64,000 nt of DNA from Octopus bimaculoides (GCF_001194135.2 NC_068986.1:501389-565388); one strand, 5' to 3'. Shown: positions 35,621-46,879, numbered from the stretch's first letter. Notes: generated by a model from the sequence alone, not told the origin. Made by a program: numbers and translations.

Positions 35621-36354
35621 AAGCGATAATTTATTTTTGTTGCTTATATCTTACAAATGGACCACGCGTGCTTCGGCATCATAATTCCATAAAATGTGTT
35701 TAACGGGAGAAAAATATTGAAAAAACATCAATACATGTGAGAGGGAAAAAAAGTGTGTGGGGGGTAGAAACAACAGCCAATCCTTCCTTGAAAAGTTCAC
35801 CTTTTCCTCTGAAATTTTTTTTACCGAAAAGGCTCCTCCCATGGTTTTCAAATATAAAAAAATGGCCAAAATCGGTGTTCCAAACAACCAAAATCACTTT
35901 TCCATTTTTTTTTCTACAAAAATTATACTGGTATACAAACAAATTTTCATTCAATAAATAATGTTTTTACATTACGTATACAGAATAAACTGTGGGTTTT
36001 GTAAATAGTAAATTAAAACTTGAAATGAAAACATTAAAATAGAGAGTGAGAGACTTTGTAAATAAAGACGGAATACTCTGCAGTGAATGCAACAAATATT
36101 TAAATTTGTGAAAAATTGGAGCGCAAAAATTCAATAAACTTCAGATATCGAAATTATAGGAAATTCCTTAAAACAGGAATTTATAAAAAAATTTCCTGAC
36201 GGACAAGTCTTTAATAATTGCTTTCTTTTAGTAACTGTTACATACCTAATTAATAAGCAGCTTTCTCCTTTATAATATAGATTATAATAATAAATACACT
36301 GTTGCTTTCGATAGTGTTCCCATTATTTCAACTTTGTAAGACAGTGACCTGACA

Positions 36355-36555
36355 CAATCATTAGCTCGCCGGACAAAATGCTCAGCGGCATTTCGTTCGT
36401 CTTCACATTCAGAGTTCAAATTCCGCTGAAGCCGACTTTGCCTTTCAAACTTTCAGGGTCGATAAAATAAGCACCAGTGAAGTTCTGGAATCGTTGAAAT
36501 CTGTATCCCGCTCCCCAAAAATTTCAGGCTTTGTGTATATAGTAGAAAGGATTAT
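36355..36555 (+). mobile_element. SINE family A
   Basis: GAGTTCAAATTCCGCTGAAGCCGACTTTGCC..GGGTCGATAAAATAAGCACCAG..GTAGAAAGGATTATT. Confidence 0.9.
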
Positions 36556-37675
36556 TTCAAGTTTGTCTCTATTTTCTTTTGTAAATTTAAACTTCATTGC
36601 ATTTAATCTTTTGGCAACTATGCACCAACTTCTTATTGTTTTTATAGTATTCAGTCTGCCACAGATATTTTAAGCTTCTTACTCCATATATTTCTTGAGA
36701 TATAATTGTTAGTAAGAGAATCAACAATGCCAGTCTGAAGACATATTCTTTGAGTGTTTAAGTAGGTTTGGTACGCTTCAACAAATCAATCAGTATATAG
36801 ATAAAATATTAAGATTCTCAATGTGTGTTAATCCAACAAATCCTTCTCATATGCTATTAGTAGTTCTTTATAGGTCGAGCTGTTTTCCCAATCGATATTA
36901 TATTTTGTTCTATCATTCAGCGGATGTCTCGGACAATTAGGGCAAATAGACAATAAGATTATAAATACGATCAATATTTCAGATTCAGATGTGTTCTAAA
37001 TTTTTTATAATTTGCTTTGTGAACATCGTAAGGCAGAAGGTAAATTTCCGGAGAGTTGCTACCATAATTCTCGATTAATAGACACCAATGCAATTTGTTT
37101 ACGTTGCTAGACTATCTAGACTATACATCAATGACGTGGTTCCGTCTAATAACGCATTGATTGTTTCGGGGTTAAAATGCATTTGCCCAAGGTGCCAAGC
37201 AATGGGACTGAACTCGAAGCGAACTTGAGACAATAGTGTTTATTCTCATAATTCCTTTCCCTGTGCTATGGTGTTGGGCCAGTTGTAAACCATCCTAATT
37301 ATATTAAGCATAGTATGCAAACCTCTCCACTTCTTACAACTGCAATCCCATGAGAAACATTGATCTGGTCACAAGAGGTTCTCAATGAGGGCATGTCGAA
37401 GGGAACGTTAGGATTTAGGGGTGTGAGAGGGAGGTGAAGTAACACAATTAACATACTAAATGTTACCTATGCTAGTAATTACTATATACATGATAAAACT
37501 AGTAATGTTTATTACAATAAAATGACAAATATGCATACATCCTGGCTATAGACACGTTTGAACTAGAATAATTAATTTTTAATGTTATATTTCTGTCTTT
37601 TAGGTGTGCAGTCTTGCTTGTTTTCCTCATATATTGTGATCTCCATTATATTTCGTTCAGTGATATAATTATATA

Positions 37676-39898
37676 CTGGGTCATCCCATAAATAATGCGG
37701 TGTGTTTTTTTTTCAATTTCATGAACTAAAAGTCGGAGGGGCACGGAATAAACTACGTGCATCAACTTGCTATAAAAGCAGATAGTAATTTTTACCTTGC
37801 ATTTATTCTTAATCCAAGTCACAATCCGTCTTTGACGAACCAACGAGGTAAGTTGATAGACGAGCCCGAGGAAACTTTTCAGGAGCACTTCGCCCAGCTT
37901 TTCGGAGGTGGGAGCGAACCGGATAGTAGGAGGGACCTAACAGACTTCCTCGCCGGGCTGCCGCGCCTCTCGGGGCGGGATGCGGAGTGCTGTAAAGGGT
38001 CGATCTCGCCTGAAGAGGTATTTGAAGCTATGGCAGACTGCGGCGCGGGTAAAGCGCCGGGACTGGATGGTCTACCCTATGAGTTGTATAAGAGTATGCC
38101 AGGCTTCTTCGGGCACCTGCTGGTGAATGTCTACGTGAACTGGCAGATCTGTGCGCAGGAGAGTGGTGACGCTTGTCAGAAAGGAACTGGATAAGGGGGA
38201 TTTCATTGATAATTTTCGGCCCATCACTCGGCTAAACGCAGAGTTAAAGATTTTGGCCAAAGTGTTATCGAAAAGATTGGTACGTGTCGCAGATGGTCTG
38301 ATCGGGGATGCACAGACATGTGCCGTTCCCGGCAGAACCATCCAGGATAATCTCCACCTTCTACGGTACACTTTGGAGGGGTTTAATAGTGATTCTGGCA
38401 AGGGCGGGGCAGTGGTTCATTTAGACCAGTGAAAGGCTTTTGGTAGGGTACCTCATTAGTACCTGGTGTCCATTCTGGCGCAGTTCGGCCTAGGTCTTGG
38501 CTTCCTCATGTGGATCATTCAGATTTATAACAAAATCGACTCGGTAGTTCGGGCGAACGGCTTTTATCTAAGCCGTTCAACGTCAAGAGTGTCCGCTCTT
38601 CCCGCTTTTGTACGTAATAGCTCTTGAGCCATTGCTGCAAAAATTGAGCGGCATCCCGAGACAGCTAGGTTGTGGAAAGTCGGTCTCAGTTTAGGCGGAT
38701 GACAGCACCATTATCGTAACCGAAATGGATCACCTACAGAAAGTAGGCAAGGCCGTTAAGGTTTACGAGACTGTGGCAGGAGCAAAGGTTAATCGTGAAA
38801 ACCCAATCGGCTTGCAGTTCGGCACCTGCAGAGGCTAGTCGATGCCTCCTGACAGCATCGCTGGACGTTGGATGGAGGATCAGATTAAGTCGCTTGGAGT
38901 TTGGTTCGGACTAGACCTCCAAATAGAGAACTGGACCGAGGTATGGAGCTGGGTGACCCACATAGTCAAGACCTGGTCTTGGCGGTAGCTATCCCTGAAA
39001 GGGAGGGCGGAGGTGGCCAATGTGTTCATCGCATCGGTCATCACCTACCGCCTAACCGTCGTTCCTTGCTCTCATTCGTGGTCGCTGAAGCCCCAGACAA
39101 AATGTTCCCTCGTGAGAAATAAAAAATCACTTTATTCTCTGTGCAAGTTTTGAAGAGTGCAGTTCGATTTTAGCAGCTATTCAAAGCTACAACGAAAATG
39201 ACAAAGGAGCATATTCGGTATATTTTGCTTTAAGAGTTCAATAAAGGCAACAACGCAACGGAAAGTGTAAGGAATATTAATGCAGTGTACGGGGATCAGA
39301 CAATAAGCTTAAGCCAGTGTCAACAGTGGTTCCAGAAATTCCGAACCGGAAACTGCAGCCTAGAAGACGAACCACGTCCTGGGAGATCTGTAGAGATCGA
39401 CGAGAATGTTCTGCAAACCCTGGTTGAATGAAATCCCATCGTAACTTTTGAGGAACTAGAAGAGAAACTTGGATTTGGTCATTCAGCCAGTCATTCAAGT
39501 CAGCGCTAGAAGAAAAACGACCACCTTTGATTTCAATATGAAAGGGTGTTCTTCCATCAGGATAACGCTCAGCCACAGACAGCGAGGATGACATTCCAAA
39601 GGCTGGAGTAGATTGAATGGGAAATAATGCCGGACATTGCCCCATCTGATTATCATTTACTCCGCAGTCTTCAAAATCATTTGGACGGTAAAAATATGAA
39701 TTCTGTAGACGCGGTAAGAAGAGTACTGGAGGCGTGAATTTTGGAAGAGGGTCCTTGCAAGTCTACCAGATAGATGGAAGAGCATTGTAGAAAATGAAGG
39801 ATCGTATATTTTACATTAAAAATATCATTGTTCCTCCTAATTTTGAAAAATATAAGAAGTGTTAAAAAAAAAGCGGCATTATTTATGGGATGATCCAA
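37676..39898 (+). mobile_element. Mariner (DD34D-type) with both TIRs and TA target duplication; internally deleted transposase pseudogene at 39199-39820
   Basis: TA-CTGGGTCATCCCATAAATAATGCGG left, GCGGCATTATTTATGGGATGATCCAA-TA right; MTKEHIRYILL*EFNKG..QWFQKFRTG..LEDEPRPGR; FHQDNAQP..DIAPSDYHLLRSLQNHLDG..RWKSIVENEG. Confidence 0.9.
37837..39095 (+). mobile_element. Internal L1/Tx1-clade LINE RT fragment nested in the mariner 5' UTR
   Basis: KAPGLDGLPYELY..NFRPITRLNAELKILAKVL..QTCAVPGRTIQDNLH..LDQ*KAF..*ADD..GAKVNREN..LGVWFG..LSLKGRAEVAN. Confidence 0.9.
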
Positions 39899-40303
39899 TA
39901 CAACTATTGTGTACGTTATCCTTTTAAAAATTTCGAAAGAATGGAAAAATAAATTTCTGTCAGCACTCGAGAGAATGTGGGAGGAAGAAACTGTATTTAA
40001 AAACAATGGTAGAACAAGTCATTTGTTGATTCGTGTAAAAGAAGTTTAACTTGATGTCAGTGAGGTGAAATATTTGCAACCGAGATTCAAAACTGTGACA
40101 TAAGCTCAGCTCACATACGATTTTACATCTTTCTAAAGCTCATCTTAAAATATCTAAATACACTTCAAGTAATCGACAAATATCTCCAGTATTTCTCTAT
40201 GTACAATGTCTTCTGACGTCAGAGACCGGATATAGCTGTTGCTGCTCTAATCGGATTTACAGTGTTATACATGCTGCATAATAAACTTCTTTACATTCGA
40301 CAG

Positions 40304-40396
40304 CACGATTCTTAGTAATAGTGTTACTTCAGTGTTTTTCAATACCTGGCTACATTATCTTGCCTCTCACTTATGTGATGGTTAGTTTCTTCAGTG
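40304..40396 (+). CDS. Candidate 93-nt internal exon (phase 1-1), hydrophobic: xRFLVIVLLQCFSIPGYIILPLTYVMVSFFS
   Basis: CTTCTTTACATTCGACAG acceptor, G|GTAAGC donor, symmetric phase, transmembrane-like translation. Confidence 0.35.
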
Positions 40397-40658
40397 GTAA
40401 GCATCATCACAACGGATCTTGAGCTTCACATATGTTCGTCCACAATCAAATACGATAGTTCTATAATTTCTTTTGTATAAAACATTTCCTCTCTGTCTCT
40501 TTAAGAGAGATTTTACCGTTGTGAGATTTCTACATGCAACGTTGCTCATGAATAAAATTCTTATGTCATGTATTTCACAAATTCTTTAGATCAGATATTA
40601 TTGTACATCCCAACATTGTGAATATACAGGACTTTTATATAATTTAGTAGATTCATGT

Positions 40659-40790
40659 AAAGGCATGTAGCCTAGTGGTTAGGAATGTTTGGCTTCCGTT
40701 AGACCGTGTGTTCGATTCTCAGACCATGCAACGAGTTGTGCCCTTGAACAAGGGACTTCATTTCACGTTGCTGTAGCACACTCAGGAGAA
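40659..40790 (+). mobile_element. tRNA-headed SINE
   Basis: GGCATGTAGCCTAGTGGTTAG A-box, GTTCGATTCTC B-box, GTGCCCTTGAACAAGGGACTT core-like motif. Confidence 0.65.
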
Positions 40791-41149
40791 AATGAGGACC
40801 GATAACTCCTCAGAGTTAACATTGCGACGAAATGGCATAACGCTCAAGAGAGAACCTTGTACTTTCAGGCTAAGAACCTTCAAAATCCGGTTAAGCTCCG
40901 ACCTCATGAAACAGGAGGTCTGAGACAGACATTCAAGTGGATTCTTCTTCCTACAAACTTGGTTCTGAAGACTATTCAATTGTTCTATTTTATGAACTTA
41001 TCTGCACTGGAGTCTGATTTTACGCCCTTCAGGAAATAGGGTCGTGACGTAGGGCTTAGATGCTCATACATAATTCTACAATTAACTTAATCTTTTTTTA
41101 TAATTAGAGCACATATACAATAACTAATTATTCCTCATTTAGACATAAG

Positions 41150-41338
41150 ACCAGTAAGTTTGAGGTGAGGGCTTACTTGATACTATGGATCCCAGTACTT
41201 GACTGTATCATTATTTTATCGACCACGAAAGGATGAAAGACAACATGGGCATGATTTCGATTCAGAACATAAAGAGCAGTATTTGAATGCCACAAAACAT
41301 TTTGCCTGGTGCTTCAACGACTCTGCCAACCCACCCCT
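41150..41338 (-). mobile_element. SINE family A
   Basis: TTTTATCGACCACGAAAGGATGAAAG..TCAGAACATAAAG..AACGACTCTGCCA. Confidence 0.8.
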
Positions 41339-41588
41339 CTTGTAAATATATGTATATACATATATATAATCGTAAGCTCGCTTACACGTACATACACACG
41401 CGTTCTCCCTCATACACACATACACGCTCACATACACACACGCACTTGGGCGCCCTAGTTCAGCGGCGTCACTGTTATTTCCCCTTCACTCAGCCTCTTC
41501 TGGTCATTTCACTATGTTAAACCGTTAATCGCGACAATTTTTTCTCTCTCCGTCTTTTTTCGTTCTTTCTCCATTTTCCCTCTCAATC

Positions 41589-41624
41589 CTTTCTGTCGAA
41601 GAGCGTAGGCTGGAAACTTCAAAG
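41589..41624 (+). ncRNA. Degenerate hammerhead motif in a PLE pLTR-like repeat (41490-41710)
   Basis: CTTT-CTGTCGA-A-GAGC(GTAG)GCTG-GAA-ACTT-C-AAAG; helix I intact, A6 and helix III mutated. Confidence 0.45.
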
Positions 41625-42049
41625 ACTTTTCCATTCTTCCTGAGCGTCAAACGAATACACTTGCTTGTTACCCCATCTGTCTTTGTCTTTTGTTTTCTGT
41701 GCATTTGAACGATACATTTATACACATATATGGAGATTGGTAAAGTTTTTTTTTTTATATCATTTATTACCATTAGACATATTTCATTCGCTAATGTGAG
41801 TTCTAAAATCGTACATGTAGGAGAAACCTATTAGATATCTCTTATCAGAAATGCTTCAGACAGAGAATCAAATAATAACAATCTCCTGTTTTGATATGTA
41901 ATTACTCTGCAAAAAAATATTTTCCAAAATTTTCAATACTTATCCATACCTCACACAAATATAGCATCAACAGATGACTTTGGAGTACTGGAATAATCAG
42001 GTGTGCTTCAAGAGGATACAGCTTGGATTTTAACCCTATCTACATAATA

Positions 42050-42230
42050 TCCACGAAGGATGAAGTGGCGAGCCATGAGTTGAGACTGAGTCGCAAAGTC
42101 ATGGCTGTTACTGCAGAGCCTGCGCAGACGGAGGACTTGGGAGTAAGGAATGGAGAGCTTGATGTGCGTATGGTGCGAGGAGGAGAAGTTAAAATAGGAG
42201 TGAGTCGGTGTGTTAGTAGTGGATTGAGGT
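42050..42230 (-). mobile_element. Penelope-like element (Neptune-like) RT thumb fragment
   Basis: Minus: SYFNFSSSHHTHIKLSIPYSQVLRLRRLCSNSHDFATQSQLMARHFILRGY. Confidence 0.85.
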
Positions 42231-42259
42231 AGTGAGAGCGGAGTGGTGTATACCGAGAT

Positions 42260-42323
42260 TTTCTCTCTCTCTCTATCTCTTTCTCTTTCTCTCTTTCTCT
42301 CTCTCTCTTTCTCTTTCTCTCTT

Positions 42324-42369
<46 letters not shown>
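42260..42369. repeat. (CT)n/(CTTT)n microsatellite
   Basis: Seen directly. Confidence 0.95.
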
Positions 42370-42422
42370 NNNNNNNNNNNNNNNNNNNNNNNNNNNNNNN
42401 NNNNNNNNNNNNNNNNNNNNNN

Positions 42423-42461
<39 letters not shown>

Positions 42462-42529
42462 CTGACTGAAAGATAGATAGATAGATATGTGTGTGTGTGT
42501 GTGTGCTACATATAATTTTTTTCAAACCT

Positions 42530-42700
42530 TAGCACTAGGCCAGGAGGTTTTAGGGAAGGAGTTAGTAGATTACATCGTCTCCAATACTTGACTTACTTTA
42601 TCGACCCTGAAAGGATAAAGAAGCAATGCTTACCTCAGCATGTTTTAATCTCATACCTCAAAGTATTTTATTCAACGATCTGACGATACTGCCAGTACAC
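42530..42700 (-). mobile_element. SINE family A, degenerate
   Basis: TTTATCGACCCTGAAAGGATAAAG..CTGACGATACTGCCAG. Confidence 0.7.
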
Positions 42701-43189
42701 CGCCCTTGTGTCTACTGCAAAAACAATGGAACACAAATTATGCGTGCAGCGAGGAATAATAGAAATAGAAATACAAAGATAAATAGCGTCGTCAGAAACC
42801 TTCGAGGATTAAACAAACATCGTATTTCATAATATTGCATAAGGCTATCAACTTTCAGTATTTACACACGTGAATGTGTATGTATGTATGTTGCGCGTAC
42901 GTGCGTGCGTGTATAAGCGTGTGTATTTTGTTGATGTACGCCGACGAAAGGTGAAACATCACAAGAAACGCTAAAAAAAAGTAAAAATAAAATTCTGCTC
43001 TTTCAACATTTGTTCAACCCTGAGTTACATACACTCCTTTATGAGTCTCACCACCAAAAAGGGAATGAACCAGTGTATCGGTTTGGTGGAAATCTATAAC
43101 CAATTCACCAATGCTATTGTATTGTTCACCCATTGCGATATAAAATATACCTTTTATCTTTTATTTGTTTCAATCATTGAACTGTGGTC

Positions 43190-43270
43190 ATGCTGGGGCA
43201 TCGCGTTGAAAGGTTTAGTCGAACAAATCGAGACCCCAGTACTTACTCTATTCAGTCTCTTTTGCCTAAT
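43190..43270 (-). mobile_element. SINE family B 3' fragment
   Basis: GGTCATGCTGGGGCATCGCGTTGAAAGGTTTAGTCGAACAAATCGA. Confidence 0.65.
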
Positions 43271-43539
43271 CGATATTTAAAAAAATTAAAATAAAAAATA
43301 GGACAAAAATTTATTAACGTTGAGTTGTTCAAAAGTCACCGTATAGGTAAGGACTTCAAATCACCAGTGGTTCAGAAAATATATAAAAGAGTTATAGTAG
43401 TAGTTCTTCTTCTTCTTCAGATGCTTCTGAATTCTCTCAATTTCTCGTATCAGTTCACGTGTGTAATGTCAGTCAAAACTATTTATTTTCATCTGTTTAT
43501 TAAAACACGTCCCCTTTTATTTCTGTATAGACATATCTT

Positions 43540-43680
43540 CACCACGATGATGATGATGATGATGATGATGATGGCGATAGTGGTGGTAGTGGGGATGCTG
43601 ATGAAGACGAGGACGAGAAGGAAGAATAAGAGGAGGGGAGAGGGGGGAGAGGAAGACGATAAGAAAGAGGAGAAAGAAGA
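43540..43680. repeat. (GAT)n and purine-rich low-complexity tract
   Basis: Seen directly; explains ORF 43325-43759. Confidence 0.85.
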
Positions 43681-44269
43681 ATATGATTATAGTAATGATT
43701 TTCGAGGCCCTTCCAGCATCAACGGCAAGAGTTGTAGCAGAGGAAAAGAAGAAAATTAAGATGTTTGTGGAATTGTTAACGTTGTCATGGAGACTGTCGT
43801 CGTCATCATCATCATCATGTCGTCGTTATCATTATTTCTAAGCTAATTATTCCATACTAATATTATTTTATATATTTTCGTTTTGATTAGAGCAATGGGG
43901 ATTGAGGGGGAGGAGCGAACCTAGAATACAGCAAACTATACCAATAACTGGAGCATCGTTACCAATAATGTCAGAGTCAAATGGTAAGAAGTACAGAAAA
44001 GGGTAGGAGGGAGGGATTCAAATGTCAAATTGAACAAATTTCATGGACAACTGATATTTAAACATCTTCCAATAATTATTACAGATCTTGAACATTTCAC
44101 GTAGTTATGGTAAGCTGTGCGATTTCTCAAATTGTTTGCCATAGATTTAGGGTATTTTAAAAATCCCCGGGTATATTTCCGAATAAGAAGACATGGGTTT
44201 CAATAGCGTTCGCTGAGGAGATAACTTTCATAAATCTAAAATGCGAGATAAATTTTCTGTCTGTGTGTC

Positions 44270-44400
44270 TACTACTATAGCTTCGGGCCGACGAAGACCT
44301 TGTGAGCAGATTAGGTAAACGGAAATTGGAAGAAGCCCGTCGTACATACATATATGTATATATAACTGTTGTGTGTCTTTGTATCTGTGTTTGTGCCCCC
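44270..44400 (+). mobile_element. SINE family B internal part
   Basis: CTACTATAGCTTCGGGCCGACGAAGACCTTGTGAG..GGAAATTGGAAGAAGCCCGTCGTA. Confidence 0.8.
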
Positions 44401-44840
44401 TTTAAAGGATAAAGTATTATTAAAGTAATATTTCGTGATGTGCAAACTGATGCCACGAGTTTACCTTCAGATATACTCATTAGGTTATTTTTTTGTATTA
44501 TCTGAAATGGAATACCCGCATATGTATTAGTCCCCAAAAGTGAATTATCATTGATTTCTATTTTATATATTTTGTATATTTCTAGATAAATATATAAATA
44601 TATGATAATCAAGACCCCGCTGTACGATATGCAGATGCATGTAATGCTAAAGGGTTGTACCTGATTGATTTGGAAATTCGTTTTTCCTAAATTACTTATA
44701 TATATATATATATATATTGTTGTACTTGGGGATGGTCATATTGCCAGTTTAGCCAATAAAAACACACGCACTGTATATTTGGTGTTAATTTTTTTTTTTT
44801 TTCAGCTTTATATTACATTAATCTTAATCTTAATCTTATT

Positions 44841-44887
44841 TCGGCCAGAGTTCTTTCGTCACACTTCTGTGACCTCATCAGTGGTCC
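44841..44887 (-). ncRNA. Hammerhead-like motif, cleavage site apparently deleted
   Basis: Minus GGACCA-CTGATGA-G-GTCACA(GAAG)TGTGAC-GAA-AGAACTCT-GGCC. Confidence 0.45.
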
Positions 44888-44944
44888 TTTGTTTCCTTCT
44901 TTCTTATGTGTGTCTCACCTTGCTAACTATCAGCNNNNNNNNNN

Positions 44945-44974
<30 letters not shown>

Positions 44975-44977
<3 letters not shown>

Positions 44978-46050
44978 CCAAATTTGTGTAAATGTATATA
45001 CAATAATATATCAGTGGAATAAAGTTACAACTTGGTCTGGTTTTCTTTTTTTTATTTTAAAGGTTGAAGTGTGTTAAACATTAACAAAATATTTAGTAAT
45101 GTTCATAAAGTTCAATTAGCGCTTTCATACGTTCGTAGTAATCATCAGATTTTAAAACGTATTTAACTGACAGTTGAGTTGAGTGCTTGACAACTTAGTT
45201 GGCTTCAACCGTTTTTATTTGAGTCAGTGGGAGTCTTTTGTAATTTGTTTATATACATGTTTAAAGATATTTTTTTAATCTACATCCTTAACTGATTGTT
45301 ATATTATTGTTGTTATTTCCGTTCAGAACAGGTTTGAACATTTTAATAAACCGTTTTTCTTTTATCTTTCTTCCAACCTCACTTGTGTCACGTAGTTTGT
45401 GGAAAGGGAAACATTTTCTGACCACATGCTTCTGTATGTTCGCTCAATGGAATTTGGCAAACATTGGTGTTCCGGACTTGTTGTCTGGGAACTCGTGAGT
45501 GTTCCGAAAATGCATTCCCTGTCTCGCAATTAGGGTATTTAATGTACTAGATCAAATTTCTGCTTTTGCAATTCATATCTGCATTTGTGAAAATCTGTCC
45601 ATTTTTTTTGTTCTAATGGATCTACCAGTATGCATATACTAACACGTTCCACATCTATTATCATTACACTTGGATACTGTGAATGTTTTATCCTCTTTGT
45701 TCATGTTGGACTTTGCCTTTGTTAATAGTTTCTTTGAGTTATGTGGTTGCCTTTTGCTTAAGATAAATGTTTGATTAGGTATTATGTTTTCTTCATTTGT
45801 CACTTTCATGATTGGCAAATTTGTCGTGATGATGTTAAAAATGTTTTGGTGATGCGGATTGTGTATTACTACAAATGGTATTGTGTTCCTTTGATTGGTT
45901 CGTCTCTTTCGTGTTGCTCTAAGTTGTTCTATAGGAATCTCTTTTGTTTGTTGTATGCTATTTTCTATAAATAGGAGAGGGTCTTTTTGCTTGAGCAGAA
46001 ATCCATTGAGTTCTCTAAGTCGTATGTTCCTGGTAGAGGGGAAAGAATAT
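44975..46050 (-). mobile_element. Neptune-like Penelope element 3' portion: RT thumb, Cys linker, GIY-YIG EN (stop at 45313-45315), then pLTR
   Basis: Minus: RLRELNGFLLKQK..IPFVVIHNP..SKRQPHNSKKLLTKAK..KCNDNRCGTC..DMNCKSRNLI*YI..LSEHTEACG..KEKRFIKMFKPVLNGN*. Confidence 0.85.
45114..45151 (-). ncRNA. Minimal type-I hammerhead ribozyme in PLE pLTR
   Basis: Minus AAT-CTGATGA-TTACTACGAACGTAT-GAA-AGCGCT-A-ATT; palindromic helix III, CUA site, sense to the upstream PLE ORF. Confidence 0.6.
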
Positions 46051-46163
46051 AAATTTTACATTCTCCTCTCCTGCTATGGTCTCTACACATTCTGATTGAC
46101 TCTTCCATGTGTTAACATGTACCTCCGTACGACAATGTAAACTTTCATTTAATCAAAGTATCC

Positions 46164-46252
46164 TTAGCCTGAAGAGTGGCATGCGGTATACATCTCACTT
46201 GGATATTTACCACTTCTGAGGTTCCGCTCGCTATGAAACATATGTAGCCTAG
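46164..46252 (+). ncRNA. Type-I hammerhead ribozyme with extended helix II
   Basis: TTAGC-CTGAAGA-[59-nt nested hairpin]-GAA-ACATATGT-A-GCCTAG; intact core, palindromic helix III, GUA site. Confidence 0.65.
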
Positions 46253-46348
46253 ATCTCATCTACTCCATACCTTAACTTATATAGTGCGTGTGTTTATTTT
46301 AAGAGAAAAGAATGACCGCCCCGAAATATAACAATATATATATATATA

Positions 46349-46624
46349 NNNNNNNNNNNNNNNNNNNNNNNNNNNNNNNNNNNNNNNNNNNNNNNNNNNN
46401 NNNNNNNNNNNNNNNNNNNNNNNNNNNNNNNNNNNNNNNNNNNNNNNNNNNNNNNNNNNNNNNNNNNNNNNNNNNNNNNNNNNNNNNNNNNNNNNNNNNN
46501 NNNNNNNNNNNNNNNNNNNNNNNNNNNNNNNNNNNNNNNNNNNNNNNNNNNNNNNNNNNNNNNNNNNNNNNNNNNNNNNNNNNNNNNNNNNNNNNNNNNN
46601 NNNNNNNNNNNNNNNNNNNNNNNN
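46349..46624. other. Assembly gap (N-run)
   Basis: N-run inside (TA)n. Confidence 1.
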
Positions 46625-46879
46625 ATATATATATATATATATATATATATAATACAGAATGGGACAAGAACGCAAAACATCAAGACAGTTAGGTAATACA
46701 TCCAGATAGACGATACAAAGAAAACATGGACAGGTCATTCGGAGTTTTCTGTCATCAGTCGAGATCCAGATTATCTTTGCAATTTCGGCAGGTTATTCTA
46801 GTAGGTAGGTAGGTAGGTAGGTACCTACCTCCACCACAGCTTGACAACCGGTATTAGTATCCCCCACAACTTAGCCGTT

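Noticed and set aside
37603-37672. Strong acceptor TTTCTGTCTTTTAG just before the mariner
   Set aside because: No good donor follows and all frames close within or just after the segment; cannot be supported as an exon.
42023-42232. 69-aa plus-strand ORF as a host exon
   Set aside because: It is the antisense frame of a Penelope RT fragment.
46720-46760. Minus-strand CTGATGA..GAATGACCTGTC motif
   Set aside because: A15.1 is absent and the alternative GACAG/CTGTC hairpin excludes a hammerhead fold.
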